A stretch of 64,000 nt of DNA from Patescibacteria group bacterium. GTDB taxonomy: Bacteria > Patescibacteriota > JABMPQ01 > JAHIRA01. Made by a program: the position numbers and the translations under genes. The notes beneath the pieces were generated by a model, which saw only the letters and a list, made by a program, of their open reading frames with translations, was not told the DNA's origin and searched no databases. Within the stretch, counting starts at the first letter, position 1, and every line of letters begins with the position of its first letter. Shown here in pieces: positions 16,758 through 26,027 of the stretch. Where the stretch lies: contig JAHISJ010000024.1 of NCBI GenBank assembly GCA_018818205.1, positions 17,093-81,092 on the forward strand, read 5' to 3'.

Positions 16758-16778
16758 GGTGTTATATTGAAATAGTGA

Positions 16779-16853
16779 GGGGCCATCGTCTAGTGGTTAG
16801 GACACCAGGTTTTCATCCTGGTAACAGGGGTTCGATTCCCCTTGGCCCTACCA
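16779..16853 (+). tRNA. tRNA-Glu (UUC), CCA encoded
   Basis: GGGGCCATCGTCTAGTGGTTAGGACACCAGGTTTTCATCCTGGTAACAGGGGTTCGATTCCCCTTGGCCCTACCA. Anticodon loop TTTTCAT with TTC at positions 34-36. Confidence 0.9.
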
Positions 16854-16860
16854 ATTTGAA

Positions 16861-16899
16861 TACAAAAGAAACCGTTTTAGAGCGGTTTTTTTGTATTCA
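16861..16899 (+). terminator. Rho-independent terminator after tRNA-Glu
   Basis: Nested inverted repeat tgaatacaaaagaaaccg-ttttaga-gcggtttttttgtattca with a T7 run. Confidence 0.6.
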
Positions 16900-17115
16900 A
16901 CGTCCAATTGAAACAACGAGATTAAAACAACCCCACTTTGTCGCGGGACGTGGGTGGGGGGAAGCTGATATAGCGATAGAACCTTTTTTTAGGTTTCCTG
17001 TAGCATATCTTTGGCCAACACAAAATCGTGAGGCGAAAGAGATACAGGATTAAAATAGATGCCTTTACAGAACAAAAAACCACTGCATCCTAGAGAAAAT
17101 ACGGTTTTAATTTTG

Positions 17116-17144
17116 TTGCTTTTTTAAATTGCGTTAGCTATACT
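17116..17144 (+). promoter_or_regulatory. Sigma70-type promoter (TTGCTT-N17-TATACT)
   Basis: Located about 38 nt upstream of the GGAGG SD and GTG start of the ACP-like gene. Confidence 0.45.
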
Positions 17145-17181
17145 ACAGTGATCTTTGCAAAACACCACCAGGAGGAAAAAC

Positions 17182-17433
17182 GTGACAAAAGAACAAATAC
17201 ACGCACAAATTTTGGAACTTGCTGAAGATGCAAACACGTTAGAAACCCCTATTGATGACAAGAAAGATCTTAGAGAATGTGGGCTAGACTCTATCGATCT
17301 CATTGGAATTTTGTTTCACCTTTCTCGCTTATTCCCAAACATAATCATTCCTGAAAATACATTTATGGCCACCCTTACCATACACGCTTTTACTGAACTC
17401 ATGTATACCCTCCTTCAAAATGAAGCAGCATAA
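17182..17433 (+). CDS. Acyl/peptidyl carrier protein-like (phosphopantetheine-binding) small protein
   Basis: GLDSIDLIGILFHL matches the carrier-protein (D)S(L/I)D Ser-attachment motif. GGAGG SD 6 nt before the GTG start at 17182 (ORF-track start ATG 17155). Confidence 0.5.
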   Translation: MTKEQIHAQILELAEDANTLETPIDDKKDLRECGLDSIDLIGILFHLSRLFPNIIIPENTFMATLTIHAFTELMYTLLQNEAA

Positions 17434-17509
17434 TGCTCACCGTTTTTAAAAAGTATCAAAAAAGCAGCTTCACTGTGTGAAGACTGCTCTTTTTTTACTC
17501 AAACTTTAT

Positions 17510-17716
17510 CTACTCTTCAGGAGCATCAAGTGCTTTCCAGTCTGCCTCACTTGCAAACTTGGTAAGGTTGGTACCGTCATCATCAACCGCTCTAAACGCA
17601 TAGCGGACAGTGACAGAACCATCCTTTGACGTCTTTTCGTACTTGGTCTTTTTGATTTTGTCGTCTGCGATCGTAACCTTCGCCTTCTTTTTGACATTAT
17701 AGAATTCTATTGGCAT
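17510..17716 (-). CDS. Small hypothetical protein (68 aa)
   Basis: Balanced composition, K-rich. Overlapping alternative-frame ORF 17506..17697 rejected. Confidence 0.4.
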   Translation of the reverse strand: MPIEFYNVKKKAKVTIADDKIKKTKYEKTSKDGSVTVRYAFRAVDDDGTNLTKFASEADWKALDAPEE

Positions 17717-17805
17717 AGGCTTATGGTTAATTGTTAGATAGCCTCTTCACTTCAGTATACTACACTAACACAGAAATGTAAGCGATAAATGAGTAGCCAG
17801 AGATA

Positions 17806-20124
17806 TTATCGTTTCCCTACACTGACATTCACACCTCCATAAAAATTCTCAGCATACGCCCAAAACCAATCCTTAAGCGTCAAAGCACGCTCGTGTAAAT
17901 CATACGCGCGTACATTTGGCCCACCTGCTCTTGGAGCAACAATAAGCTCGGCTCGGCCATCATAATCAAGATCCCCCGAAGCAAGATTTATACCACTGTG
18001 GAATCCTTCGTTATATGCCATAGTCCAATCAAGCAATTCCAGTGCATTTGAGTTATATTCATACATACGTACATTGGGACCACCGCCAGTTGCCGGCGCA
18101 GTTACTATTTCATCTAAGTTGTCGCCGTCAAAATCACCAATGTCTACGGTTACGCCTCCTTGAAAAGTAACACCATAAATCGATGTATCAACGTCCATGC
18201 GGGCAACATTGTTGGTATATGTAAACACTCTTAGTCGAGACGCACCTCCCTCACGCGGCGTTGTAACGATACTATGAGGTCCATTACTACTCAACTGCGC
18301 TGTCTTCAACTCCACTCCTCCATGAAACGCCTTATCATACGCAAAGAAATAGCCATCTGCAGTAAGCCCGGTGTCCTTGAGAGAAAAGATACCAACATTG
18401 GGGCCTCCATTGCTCGTTGGAACAGTCAGAAGCTCATTTTTTTGGTCACCATCCACATCACCCGCCGCAAGAGTGACTCCTCCATGAAATCCTTCATCAT
18501 ACACCATCTTCCATGCTACAAGCCGCGCTTTACCATCATACGAATACACTCTAACGTTGGGACCACCAGCGCTTAACGGTACAGTGATAATCTCGTCTTT
18601 TCCGTCATTATCAAGATCGGAAAGAAGTACATTGACTCCTCCAGAAAATGTAGCCCCAAAGGGATAAAAACTGTCCAGAAGCGTTCCGTCCATTTTATAC
18701 AGCGCAAGCGGCGCACTGTTTCCTTGGCCCGGAGTCACTGCTATTTCATCATATCCATCACCATTAATATCTCCCGTCTGCGTTATGAATTCTCCTCTGA
18801 GCGTTTTTTCTAAAGCCATGAAAGAAGAGAGGGGCAACCCATCATATTTAAAAATGTTAACTTGCGGGCCTCCCTTTGAGTATGGTGTCGTCGCTATAAA
18901 TCCTGCTCGTGGCTCAGGGCTCTCCTTCATCGTAAATGAATCGATCTCATTTCCCTCCACGTCTTTTGTGTGCATCTCAAGCGAATCTCCTTGTATGTCA
19001 AAACGGGTAAAACTGTGGCTTTTTGATGTAGCAACAACGTTTGGATAGTGAGGATCTGGTGAGTAAAGTGGAGCGCCGCCGCCGCCAACAGTCACATACT
19101 GAACATCGTCTACTACACATCGCGCATAGTAATGATTATGTCCCTGTAGCACAACGTGTACGCCATACTTCTCAAAAAGGGGAGTGAGATCACGCTGCGT
19201 TGAAACGCTGTTTTCATGTGCCCCTGCGCTCCACGCTGGCTTATGTAGTGCTACAATTTTCCATCGCTTGTTTGTCTGTTTTAGATCATTCTCAAGCCAA
19301 GCATACTGAGCACTTCCCTCAGTATAATCCGTCGTATATTGGTCAACAACTGCAATATGAGCTGGTCCATAATCAAATGAATAGTAATAACTATCCTGGG
19401 CTTTATACAACGGGTTTGGCCAGTATTTGCCAAAAAGATAACGATACCCAGTAGGACTGTTCACACCGGCAAGATCATGGTTTCCAACGGCAGGCATTAC
19501 CGGAAATTCCGACAAAAATGATGTAATAGTGGGATAGGTACGATTATAATATTCGGTATCCCAATACGTCTCTTCTTGTCCTCTATCAACTATATCTCCC
19601 GTATGTATAAGCATCGTTTGACGATTTATTGGATCATCCTGCGCATCGTCGAGAACATGAGAAATAACCGTGTTAAACATACCTGGATTGCTCCGTGAAT
19701 CTCCCATCGCATACAATGAGAGACTCTGTGTGGCAGGATACGGTGCGGAATTAAATGATCCATCGTATCGATTTTCATCAATACGTACTTGATAGTACAT
19801 AGTGGAATGTGGCGCTAACCCAGTAATAGTATACAAAAACTGATGTTCGTCCGCACCACTATCATTTTCACGAACAACTGCACTTCCGTCACTGTACTCT
19901 GTTGTAGCACCCCATACTATCTCACTCCTCTCTGGCGTTTTATCCGTTTGCCAAAGCACCGTCATTTCTGTGTTATTACCTGAGTACGTAAGATACGGGC
20001 CCTTCCTAAACTGAGCTCCACTCTCAGCATTAAGCTCATTACAAGAAAAAACCACTACTATACAGAGGGCTACTACTGCGAGAAAAGTGGCCTTGAGCTT
20101 TAAAATACGTTGTTTTTTGAGCAT
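17806..20124 (-). CDS. Secreted purple-acid-phosphatase-like metallophosphoesterase fused to C-terminal FG-GAP repeats
   Basis: Signal peptide. Metallophos motifs GDSRSN, IHTGDIVDRG, GNHD, GHNHYY. At least 5 C-terminal repeats of the GDxDGDGxDEI...GGPNVRVY type. Confidence 0.8.
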   Translation of the reverse strand: MLKKQRILKLKATFLAVVALCIVVVFSCNELNAESGAQFRKGPYLTYSGNNTEMTVLWQTDKTPERSEIVWGATTEYSDGSAVVRENDSGADEHQFLYTITGLAPHSTMYYQVRIDENRYDGSFNSAPYPATQSLSLYAMGDSRSNPGMFNTVISHVLDDAQDDPINRQTMLIHTGDIVDRGQEETYWDTEYYNRTYPTITSFLSEFPVMPAVGNHDLAGVNSPTGYRYLFGKYWPNPLYKAQDSYYYSFDYGPAHIAVVDQYTTDYTEGSAQYAWLENDLKQTNKRWKIVALHKPAWSAGAHENSVSTQRDLTPLFEKYGVHVVLQGHNHYYARCVVDDVQYVTVGGGGAPLYSPDPHYPNVVATSKSHSFTRFDIQGDSLEMHTKDVEGNEIDSFTMKESPEPRAGFIATTPYSKGGPQVNIFKYDGLPLSSFMALEKTLRGEFITQTGDINGDGYDEIAVTPGQGNSAPLALYKMDGTLLDSFYPFGATFSGGVNVLLSDLDNDGKDEIITVPLSAGGPNVRVYSYDGKARLVAWKMVYDEGFHGGVTLAAGDVDGDQKNELLTVPTSNGGPNVGIFSLKDTGLTADGYFFAYDKAFHGGVELKTAQLSSNGPHSIVTTPREGGASRLRVFTYTNNVARMDVDTSIYGVTFQGGVTVDIGDFDGDNLDEIVTAPATGGGPNVRMYEYNSNALELLDWTMAYNEGFHSGINLASGDLDYDGRAELIVAPRAGGPNVRAYDLHERALTLKDWFWAYAENFYGGVNVSVGKR

Positions 20125-20275
20125 TTATTGTCTATTTCTTTTTTGTTATTTTAACAAATTCGAGTCTTTCTCACAATTATTTCTTTCTTTTGCTCTGTTT
20201 TCCCTTTACTTTTCTCTTATTGTATGCTATGATGAGCATGAAGTGAAAGCAGGAGAGAATAAAACAAAAGACAAT

Positions 20276-21823
20276 ATGGCACACACGTTAAAGAATTTTT
20301 TTCTATTAGGGTTTTGTCTATTGTTTGCGTTAGCATCGGTTAACTCAAGCACTTCATACTCCGCGCATGCCGAAACGCGTGATTTTGGCTATCCAATAGA
20401 GCCCTGGAATACAACACAAGGCGGCGGTGAATTTGGTGCAGAGCGCTCAGGCAACGTTTATCATCTTGGTGATGATGTAACCGCTCCAGCAGGAACCGCT
20501 ATTTATGCTTTTGGGAGTGGTATTGTTAAGCATATTGGCATACACAGTCGTTTTGGCACGGTTATACTTATTGAACACGAGTTAGTCAGTGAAGAAAAAA
20601 TAGTCTCTCTCTACGGGCACTTGCGAATGTCCGATGTTGCTGTTTCAGAGGGACAATCGGTAGAAAAAGGAACACTTATTGGTCGTTTGGGGAGCAGAGG
20701 TGCAGAAAACGGGTTTTGGATTGAGCATCTTCATTTTGGCATCCATAAAGGTGCGTACCAGAAAAAATGGGTGTATTGGGGCATGTCAAAACGTCAAGAA
20801 GAGCTTACTAATTGGTACAATCCAAGCTCATTTTTAGCGAAAAATGTCAAATCAAAAAACGTCACTCAAGAGCTTTCTCAAACCGTTCCATATCAAGACG
20901 GAAAAATTATCACCGGCCCAGGAAATGGTGGAAGACCACATGTGAGAGTTATGAAAACAAGTGGTTCGGCATATAAAGAACTCGATTTCTTTGCATACAA
21001 AAGTCCTAAAAAAGCAGGCGCCGACGTAGCAATAGGCGACTTAAACTATGATGGAAAGGACGAAATTATCGTCGGAAACGGACCTGGGGAAACGCCAGAA
21101 ATACACATCTTTGACAAAGAAACCGGGGAGCATGTACGTACCTTTTTGGCCTTCGACGAAGACTTTAAGGGAGGCGTGAGAGTCGCTACCGGTGATATTA
21201 ATAACGATGATGCTGAAGAGATTATTGTCGGTGCTGGACCAGGCGGAGGGGCCCACGTCAGGGTCTTTGATAGAAACGGTACGGTCATTCACAGTAAACT
21301 CTTCCCGTTTGGTAATCAAAAAACAGGGGTTGATGTTGCTGCAGGCGACCTAAATGGTGATGGTAGCGCTGAAATTATTGTATCTTCCGGTCCAGGGAAA
21401 GAAGCACGAATAACCTACTACTCTGGTGATGGAACTCTTTCTAAAGCTTCCATACTTGCCTTCCCCAAAGCTTTTAGAGGTGGCGCGCACGTTACTGCAG
21501 GAGACATAGATAATGATGGCATCGATGAAATAATTGCCGGTGCAGGCCCCGGCGGCGGACCACAAGTGAGAGTATTTGAAGCGGATGGCACTCCACGCGG
21601 TATTCAGTTTTTCCCCTTTCATCACAACTTTAGAGGTGGCATAGATGTTGCTTCAATAGACTTTGATGAAGATGGCAAAGATGAGGTGGTTGCCTCACAA
21701 TTTTCTGGGGGACAGTCGTGGATAAAAGTATACCGCTATAACAACGCTCACACCGTTCTGTCTGAGTTCATTGTCTACGGTACAAACTTTGAAGGTGGCA
21801 CGAACGTTGCAGGAAAACGATAA
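20276..21823 (+). CDS. Secreted M23 (LytM-type) metallopeptidase fused to C-terminal FG-GAP repeats
   Basis: Signal peptide MAHTLKNFFLLGFCLLFALASVNS. M23 motifs YHLGDD and EHLHFGIH. Repeats GDLNYDGKDEIIVGNGPG, GDINNDDAEEIIVGAGPGGGAHVRVFD and others. Start placed at the second ATG (20276). Confidence 0.8.
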   Translation: MAHTLKNFFLLGFCLLFALASVNSSTSYSAHAETRDFGYPIEPWNTTQGGGEFGAERSGNVYHLGDDVTAPAGTAIYAFGSGIVKHIGIHSRFGTVILIEHELVSEEKIVSLYGHLRMSDVAVSEGQSVEKGTLIGRLGSRGAENGFWIEHLHFGIHKGAYQKKWVYWGMSKRQEELTNWYNPSSFLAKNVKSKNVTQELSQTVPYQDGKIITGPGNGGRPHVRVMKTSGSAYKELDFFAYKSPKKAGADVAIGDLNYDGKDEIIVGNGPGETPEIHIFDKETGEHVRTFLAFDEDFKGGVRVATGDINNDDAEEIIVGAGPGGGAHVRVFDRNGTVIHSKLFPFGNQKTGVDVAAGDLNGDGSAEIIVSSGPGKEARITYYSGDGTLSKASILAFPKAFRGGAHVTAGDIDNDGIDEIIAGAGPGGGPQVRVFEADGTPRGIQFFPFHHNFRGGIDVASIDFDEDGKDEVVASQFSGGQSWIKVYRYNNAHTVLSEFIVYGTNFEGGTNVAGKR

Positions 21824-21914
21824 CTTAGCTCTAAATATTGTGTAAAAACAGAGACCTTAGCGGTCTCTGTTTTCTTTTTGTTGCCAAAGATCATTTCACT
21901 GCTACAATGAACGT

Positions 21915-22925
21915 ATGATCATTGTAGCGATTGAAACATCCTGCGACGAAACCGCGATTGCCATAACAAAGAATGGTACTCTTTTGAGTTCGCTTATCTC
22001 CTCACAAATAAAAACGCATGCTAACTTTGGAGGGGTTGTGCCTGAAATTGCCGCACGCATGCACCTTGAAGTAATTATCCCCCTCATTAAAGAGGCTATG
22101 GGCAAAGCAAAAATTACTCCAAGAAACATTAGTGCCCTTGCTGTAACGTACGGACCGGGACTTCTCCCCAGTCTTCTTGTAGGCGTTGATACGACAAAAG
22201 CGCTGTCTTTTGCCTGGAATAAGCCTCTCATTGCCGTAAATCATATGGAAGGTCATGTTATCTCAGGCATTGCAGGCCTTAAAAATAAAAAAAACATTTT
22301 TCCGCTACTGTGTCTTACAGTGTCTGGTGGCCATACGGAGATAGTGCTCATGAAGGATTACGGAGAGTATACTATCGTTGGAAAAACGCTTGATGACGCT
22401 GCCGGAGAAGCGTTTGACAAAGTCGCAACGCTCCTTGGGCTCCCTTATCCCGGAGGTCCTGAGATCTCTCGTATGGCACATCTAGGAAACTCAAAAGCAT
22501 ATCAATTTGCGAGACCTCTTATAACCAAACCTGGATTTGATTTTAGTTTTTCTGGCCTCAAGTCAGATGTACTGAGGTTTGTTAAAAAAAGAAAACGTGC
22601 GCTTACGTACCATGAGAAGAGAAACGTTGCGGCATCGTTTCAACGAGCAGTGGTTGATGTGCTTCTTTCAAAATGTACTCGCGCTGCAAAAGAATTCAAA
22701 CCAAAAACCATAAGCCTTGCCGGAGGTGTTTCTGCCAACTCACTGCTCAGAAGCGAGTTTACCCGCACCCTTTCTCATGCGTTTCCTCATGCAACAATAG
22801 CTATCCCGCCAAAAGAACTGAGCACAGATAATGCCGTAATGATTGCGTACGTTGCAGAAAAAAAGTATAAAAAAAAGGATTTTGCGGATCTCACACTTAC
22901 TGCAAATCCTAATGCAATGCTTTAG
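21915..22925 (+). CDS. tsaD: tRNA N6-adenosine threonylcarbamoyltransferase
   Basis: MIIVAIETSCDETAIAI N-terminus plus the Kae1/TsaD family fold motifs (HMEGH, GGV). Confidence 0.9.
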   Translation: MIIVAIETSCDETAIAITKNGTLLSSLISSQIKTHANFGGVVPEIAARMHLEVIIPLIKEAMGKAKITPRNISALAVTYGPGLLPSLLVGVDTTKALSFAWNKPLIAVNHMEGHVISGIAGLKNKKNIFPLLCLTVSGGHTEIVLMKDYGEYTIVGKTLDDAAGEAFDKVATLLGLPYPGGPEISRMAHLGNSKAYQFARPLITKPGFDFSFSGLKSDVLRFVKKRKRALTYHEKRNVAASFQRAVVDVLLSKCTRAAKEFKPKTISLAGGVSANSLLRSEFTRTLSHAFPHATIAIPPKELSTDNAVMIAYVAEKKYKKKDFADLTLTANPNAML

Positions 22926-22968
22926 CTTCTTATTTGCCAAAAATCAAAAAAAGACCTAAAATTCTACC

Positions 22969-25437
22969 ATGGACAAACGCTACGACTTCAAAAAATTCGA
23001 AGACGAAATCTATGCGCAGTGGGAAGAATCGGGTTATTTTAATCCCGACAATCTCCCAGATGCCAAAGAGCCATTCTCGATTTCCATGCCACCGCCAAAC
23101 GCAACTGGCATGCTCCATATTGGTCATGCGCTCTTTTTAACGCTGCAAGATATTATGGTTCGTCATGCCAGAATGACCGGCAAAAAAGCACTCTGGCTGC
23201 CTGGTACAGACCATGCTGCTATCGCAACAAACGCTAAAGTGGAAAAAATACTCAAAGAGGAAGGAAAAACCAAGTACGACCTTGGCCAAGAGAAATTTAT
23301 TGAACGCGTAGATGAATACGTTTCCACCTCTCAAGACACCATCAGAAATCAAATTAGAAAAATGGGGTCAAGTTGTGACTGGTCACGCGAGCGCTACACT
23401 ATGGATGAAGGCCTCACCAAAGCAGTGCAAACAGCATTTATAGACATGTACAATGATGGCCTTATTTACCAAGGCAACAGAATCGTCAATTGGTGTCCCC
23501 ATTGCGAATCAACCCTCGCCGATGATGAAGTTGAGCACAAAGACCACAATGCACAGCTCTACTATATCAAATACGGCCCTTTTATTATCGCAACGTCCAG
23601 ACCAGAGACAAAACTAGGCGACACTGGTGTTGCCGTTCACCCAGATGATGCCCGGTACCAAGAATACGTTGGAAAAACAATCGATGTTGATCTTGCAGGC
23701 CACACAATAACCGTAAAAGTATTTGCCGACCCGGAAGTAGACCAAGAGTTTGGCTCGGGCGTTATTGGTGTAACACCGGCCCATTCTGTAGTCGACTTTG
23801 ACTTTGCGGAAAAACATGGGCTCGAGACAATCCAAGTGATTGATGAAAAGGGAATAATGACTGATAAAGCAGGAAAATATGCGAGCCTGGAAGCACCTGA
23901 TGCACGCAAGCAGTTTGTTAACGACTTAGAAACCGCAGGACTGATAGAAAAAATTGAAGACTATGTACAGGCAACAAGTCTGTGCTATAGATGCGGATCC
24001 GTTATTGAACCGCTCATCTCAAAACAATGGTTTATTGCGGTTAATAAGCCAGCAGACAGGTTAAACGGAAAATCACTCAAACAAGTCTCAATCGAGGTGG
24101 TCAAAAATGATGAGATACACTTTGTACCGTCGCGCTTTGAGAAGATCTATTTCCACTGGATGGAGAATTTGCGCGACTGGTGCATCTCAAGACAAATTTG
24201 GTTTGGACATCGTATGCCTGTTTGGTATGCAAAAAATGATACCAAAAAAGAAAAGCCTATTGTCTCTAAAGAAAAGCCAGAAGGTGATTTTGTACAAGAA
24301 TCTGATACGCTCGATACATGGTTTTCAGCCGGACTTTGGACGTTTTCTACACTTGGGTGGCCAGAAATCACCAATGATTTAAAAACATATTACCCAACAT
24401 CTGTTATGGAAACAGGGTATGATATCATCTTTTTCTGGGTAGCTCGTATGATAATTATGGGTACATACCATATGGAAAAGGAAAACATAAGAGATGTTGT
24501 TAAAGAAAGTGTGCCGTTTAAAACCGTGTACTTACATGGACTCGTTAGGGACAGACTCGGAAGAAAAATGTCCAAGTCTCTTGGAAACGGCATTGATCCG
24601 CTTGAAATGATAGAAAAATACGGCGCTGATGCCGTGAGGCTCTCTCTTGTTATTGGTATTACACCCGGAAACGACTTGAGGATGTTTGAGGATAAAATTA
24701 AGGGCTACAGGAACTTCGCCACAAAGCTCTGGAATATTGCACGGTTTGCTAAGGAAAGAGGGGTAAAACTAACTTCAGAAATACCAACGCTTGAAAAAGC
24801 TCCTGACAAAACAGACAACCCCGACAACTTTGGACCATGGATACTCTCTGAACTTTCCGGTCTGTATAGTAATTATGAAAACTCGCTCAAAGAATACAAT
24901 TTTGGACAAGCAGGTGAAACACTATATACCTTTACTTGGCATTCTCTTGCTGACTGGTACATTGAAATGTGTAAAAAATCAGAAAACGTCGACTACCACA
25001 ATCACGTGCTTGGATACGTTTTATATTGGCTTTTGAAGCTCTTACACCCTTATACACCTTTTGTCACAGAAAAAATCTGGAACGAGTTTGATCAAAAAAA
25101 TCCGCTCATGGTAGAGCAACTTTCAGATAAACACTTTAAATCTCTGGAAGACAAAATGGATAGCGAGAATAAAGAAATGAAAGTATTGATTAAACGAGCA
25201 AGCAGCGTAAAACAAGAAATTGAAAAAAAACGCAAACAAGCCGATATAGACGAGAATAAAGAAAAATATACAAAAGAACTTGAAAGCATAGCTGCCTACA
25301 TAAAAAGTCTCGAAAAAAAACTCGCAAACAAGCAATTCGTAAAAAACGCCCCGAAAGAAGTAGTAGAACGTGAGCAACAAAAACTTGAGGATTTTAAACA
25401 AAAAAAAGAAGAGCTGGAAAAGCTCCTCGGGGAATAA
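22969..25437 (+). CDS. valS: Valine--tRNA ligase
   Basis: HIGH motif PPPNATGMLHIGHA, KMSKS motif KMSKSLGN, C-terminal coiled coil. 822 aa. Confidence 0.95.
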   Translation: MDKRYDFKKFEDEIYAQWEESGYFNPDNLPDAKEPFSISMPPPNATGMLHIGHALFLTLQDIMVRHARMTGKKALWLPGTDHAAIATNAKVEKILKEEGKTKYDLGQEKFIERVDEYVSTSQDTIRNQIRKMGSSCDWSRERYTMDEGLTKAVQTAFIDMYNDGLIYQGNRIVNWCPHCESTLADDEVEHKDHNAQLYYIKYGPFIIATSRPETKLGDTGVAVHPDDARYQEYVGKTIDVDLAGHTITVKVFADPEVDQEFGSGVIGVTPAHSVVDFDFAEKHGLETIQVIDEKGIMTDKAGKYASLEAPDARKQFVNDLETAGLIEKIEDYVQATSLCYRCGSVIEPLISKQWFIAVNKPADRLNGKSLKQVSIEVVKNDEIHFVPSRFEKIYFHWMENLRDWCISRQIWFGHRMPVWYAKNDTKKEKPIVSKEKPEGDFVQESDTLDTWFSAGLWTFSTLGWPEITNDLKTYYPTSVMETGYDIIFFWVARMIIMGTYHMEKENIRDVVKESVPFKTVYLHGLVRDRLGRKMSKSLGNGIDPLEMIEKYGADAVRLSLVIGITPGNDLRMFEDKIKGYRNFATKLWNIARFAKERGVKLTSEIPTLEKAPDKTDNPDNFGPWILSELSGLYSNYENSLKEYNFGQAGETLYTFTWHSLADWYIEMCKKSENVDYHNHVLGYVLYWLLKLLHPYTPFVTEKIWNEFDQKNPLMVEQLSDKHFKSLEDKMDSENKEMKVLIKRASSVKQEIEKKRKQADIDENKEKYTKELESIAAYIKSLEKKLANKQFVKNAPKEVVEREQQKLEDFKQKKEELEKLLGE

Positions 25438-25454
25438 TACTGTTTCTCTATTTA

Positions 25455-25898
25455 CTAAATAAGTGAAATTTCTTTAACTCTCAGCAACGTTCTTGCAATA
25501 ACTTTCCTATGCTCTGGATCACATTTCCAAAGTAAGTAGCCAAAAGAGAGCATACCACCTGGAAAAGCCTTTGAAAGAAGTTGCTTGGGAAGCTTGTCTG
25601 GAATACTTCTTGCATCAAAGCTATCTGGTTGCAATCCATAACTTAGTATCAGTTCATTAATACCTTCCTGCACTCTTCCACATGCTTGTTGTATGCAAAT
25701 AAGCAATTCAAATTTTTTTGCATGGAACGTAAAGTCTAAACTCGGCAAGATCATGACTATGCTGCCATATCTCCTTTTATTAACTGATTTAAGCTCCCTT
25801 TCAATAATTCTTTCCCATTCAGCAAAAAGAAAGTTCAGCTCTACAAGTAGTTCTCGCATCTGAAATTGGTTTATAATCAACTTCGTCCCTCCGTTCAA
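25455..25898 (-). CDS. Hypothetical protein
   Basis: 147-aa ORF. An internal GGAGGG could serve as SD for an alternative TTG start 12 codons in. No recognised domain. Confidence 0.4.
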   Translation of the reverse strand: MNGGTKLIINQFQMRELLVELNFLFAEWERIIERELKSVNKRRYGSIVMILPSLDFTFHAKKFELLICIQQACGRVQEGINELILSYGLQPDSFDARSIPDKLPKQLLSKAFPGGMLSFGYLLWKCDPEHRKVIARTLLRVKEISLI

Positions 25899-26027
25899 GT
25901 ATACATTTACAATCCTAAGGATAGTAACAAATACACTCGTCCTGTCAATCCCTCTTTCTCTCGGTTCTGCCCAAAATAATGCACAAAAAAATCTCTTTAT
26001 GCCCTCCGTTAAGAGATTTTTTGCTAC

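Noticed and set aside
16739-17053. 104-aa plus-strand ORF
   Set aside because: Covers tRNA-Glu and its terminator. The translation includes the tRNA T-arm (GNRGSIPL).
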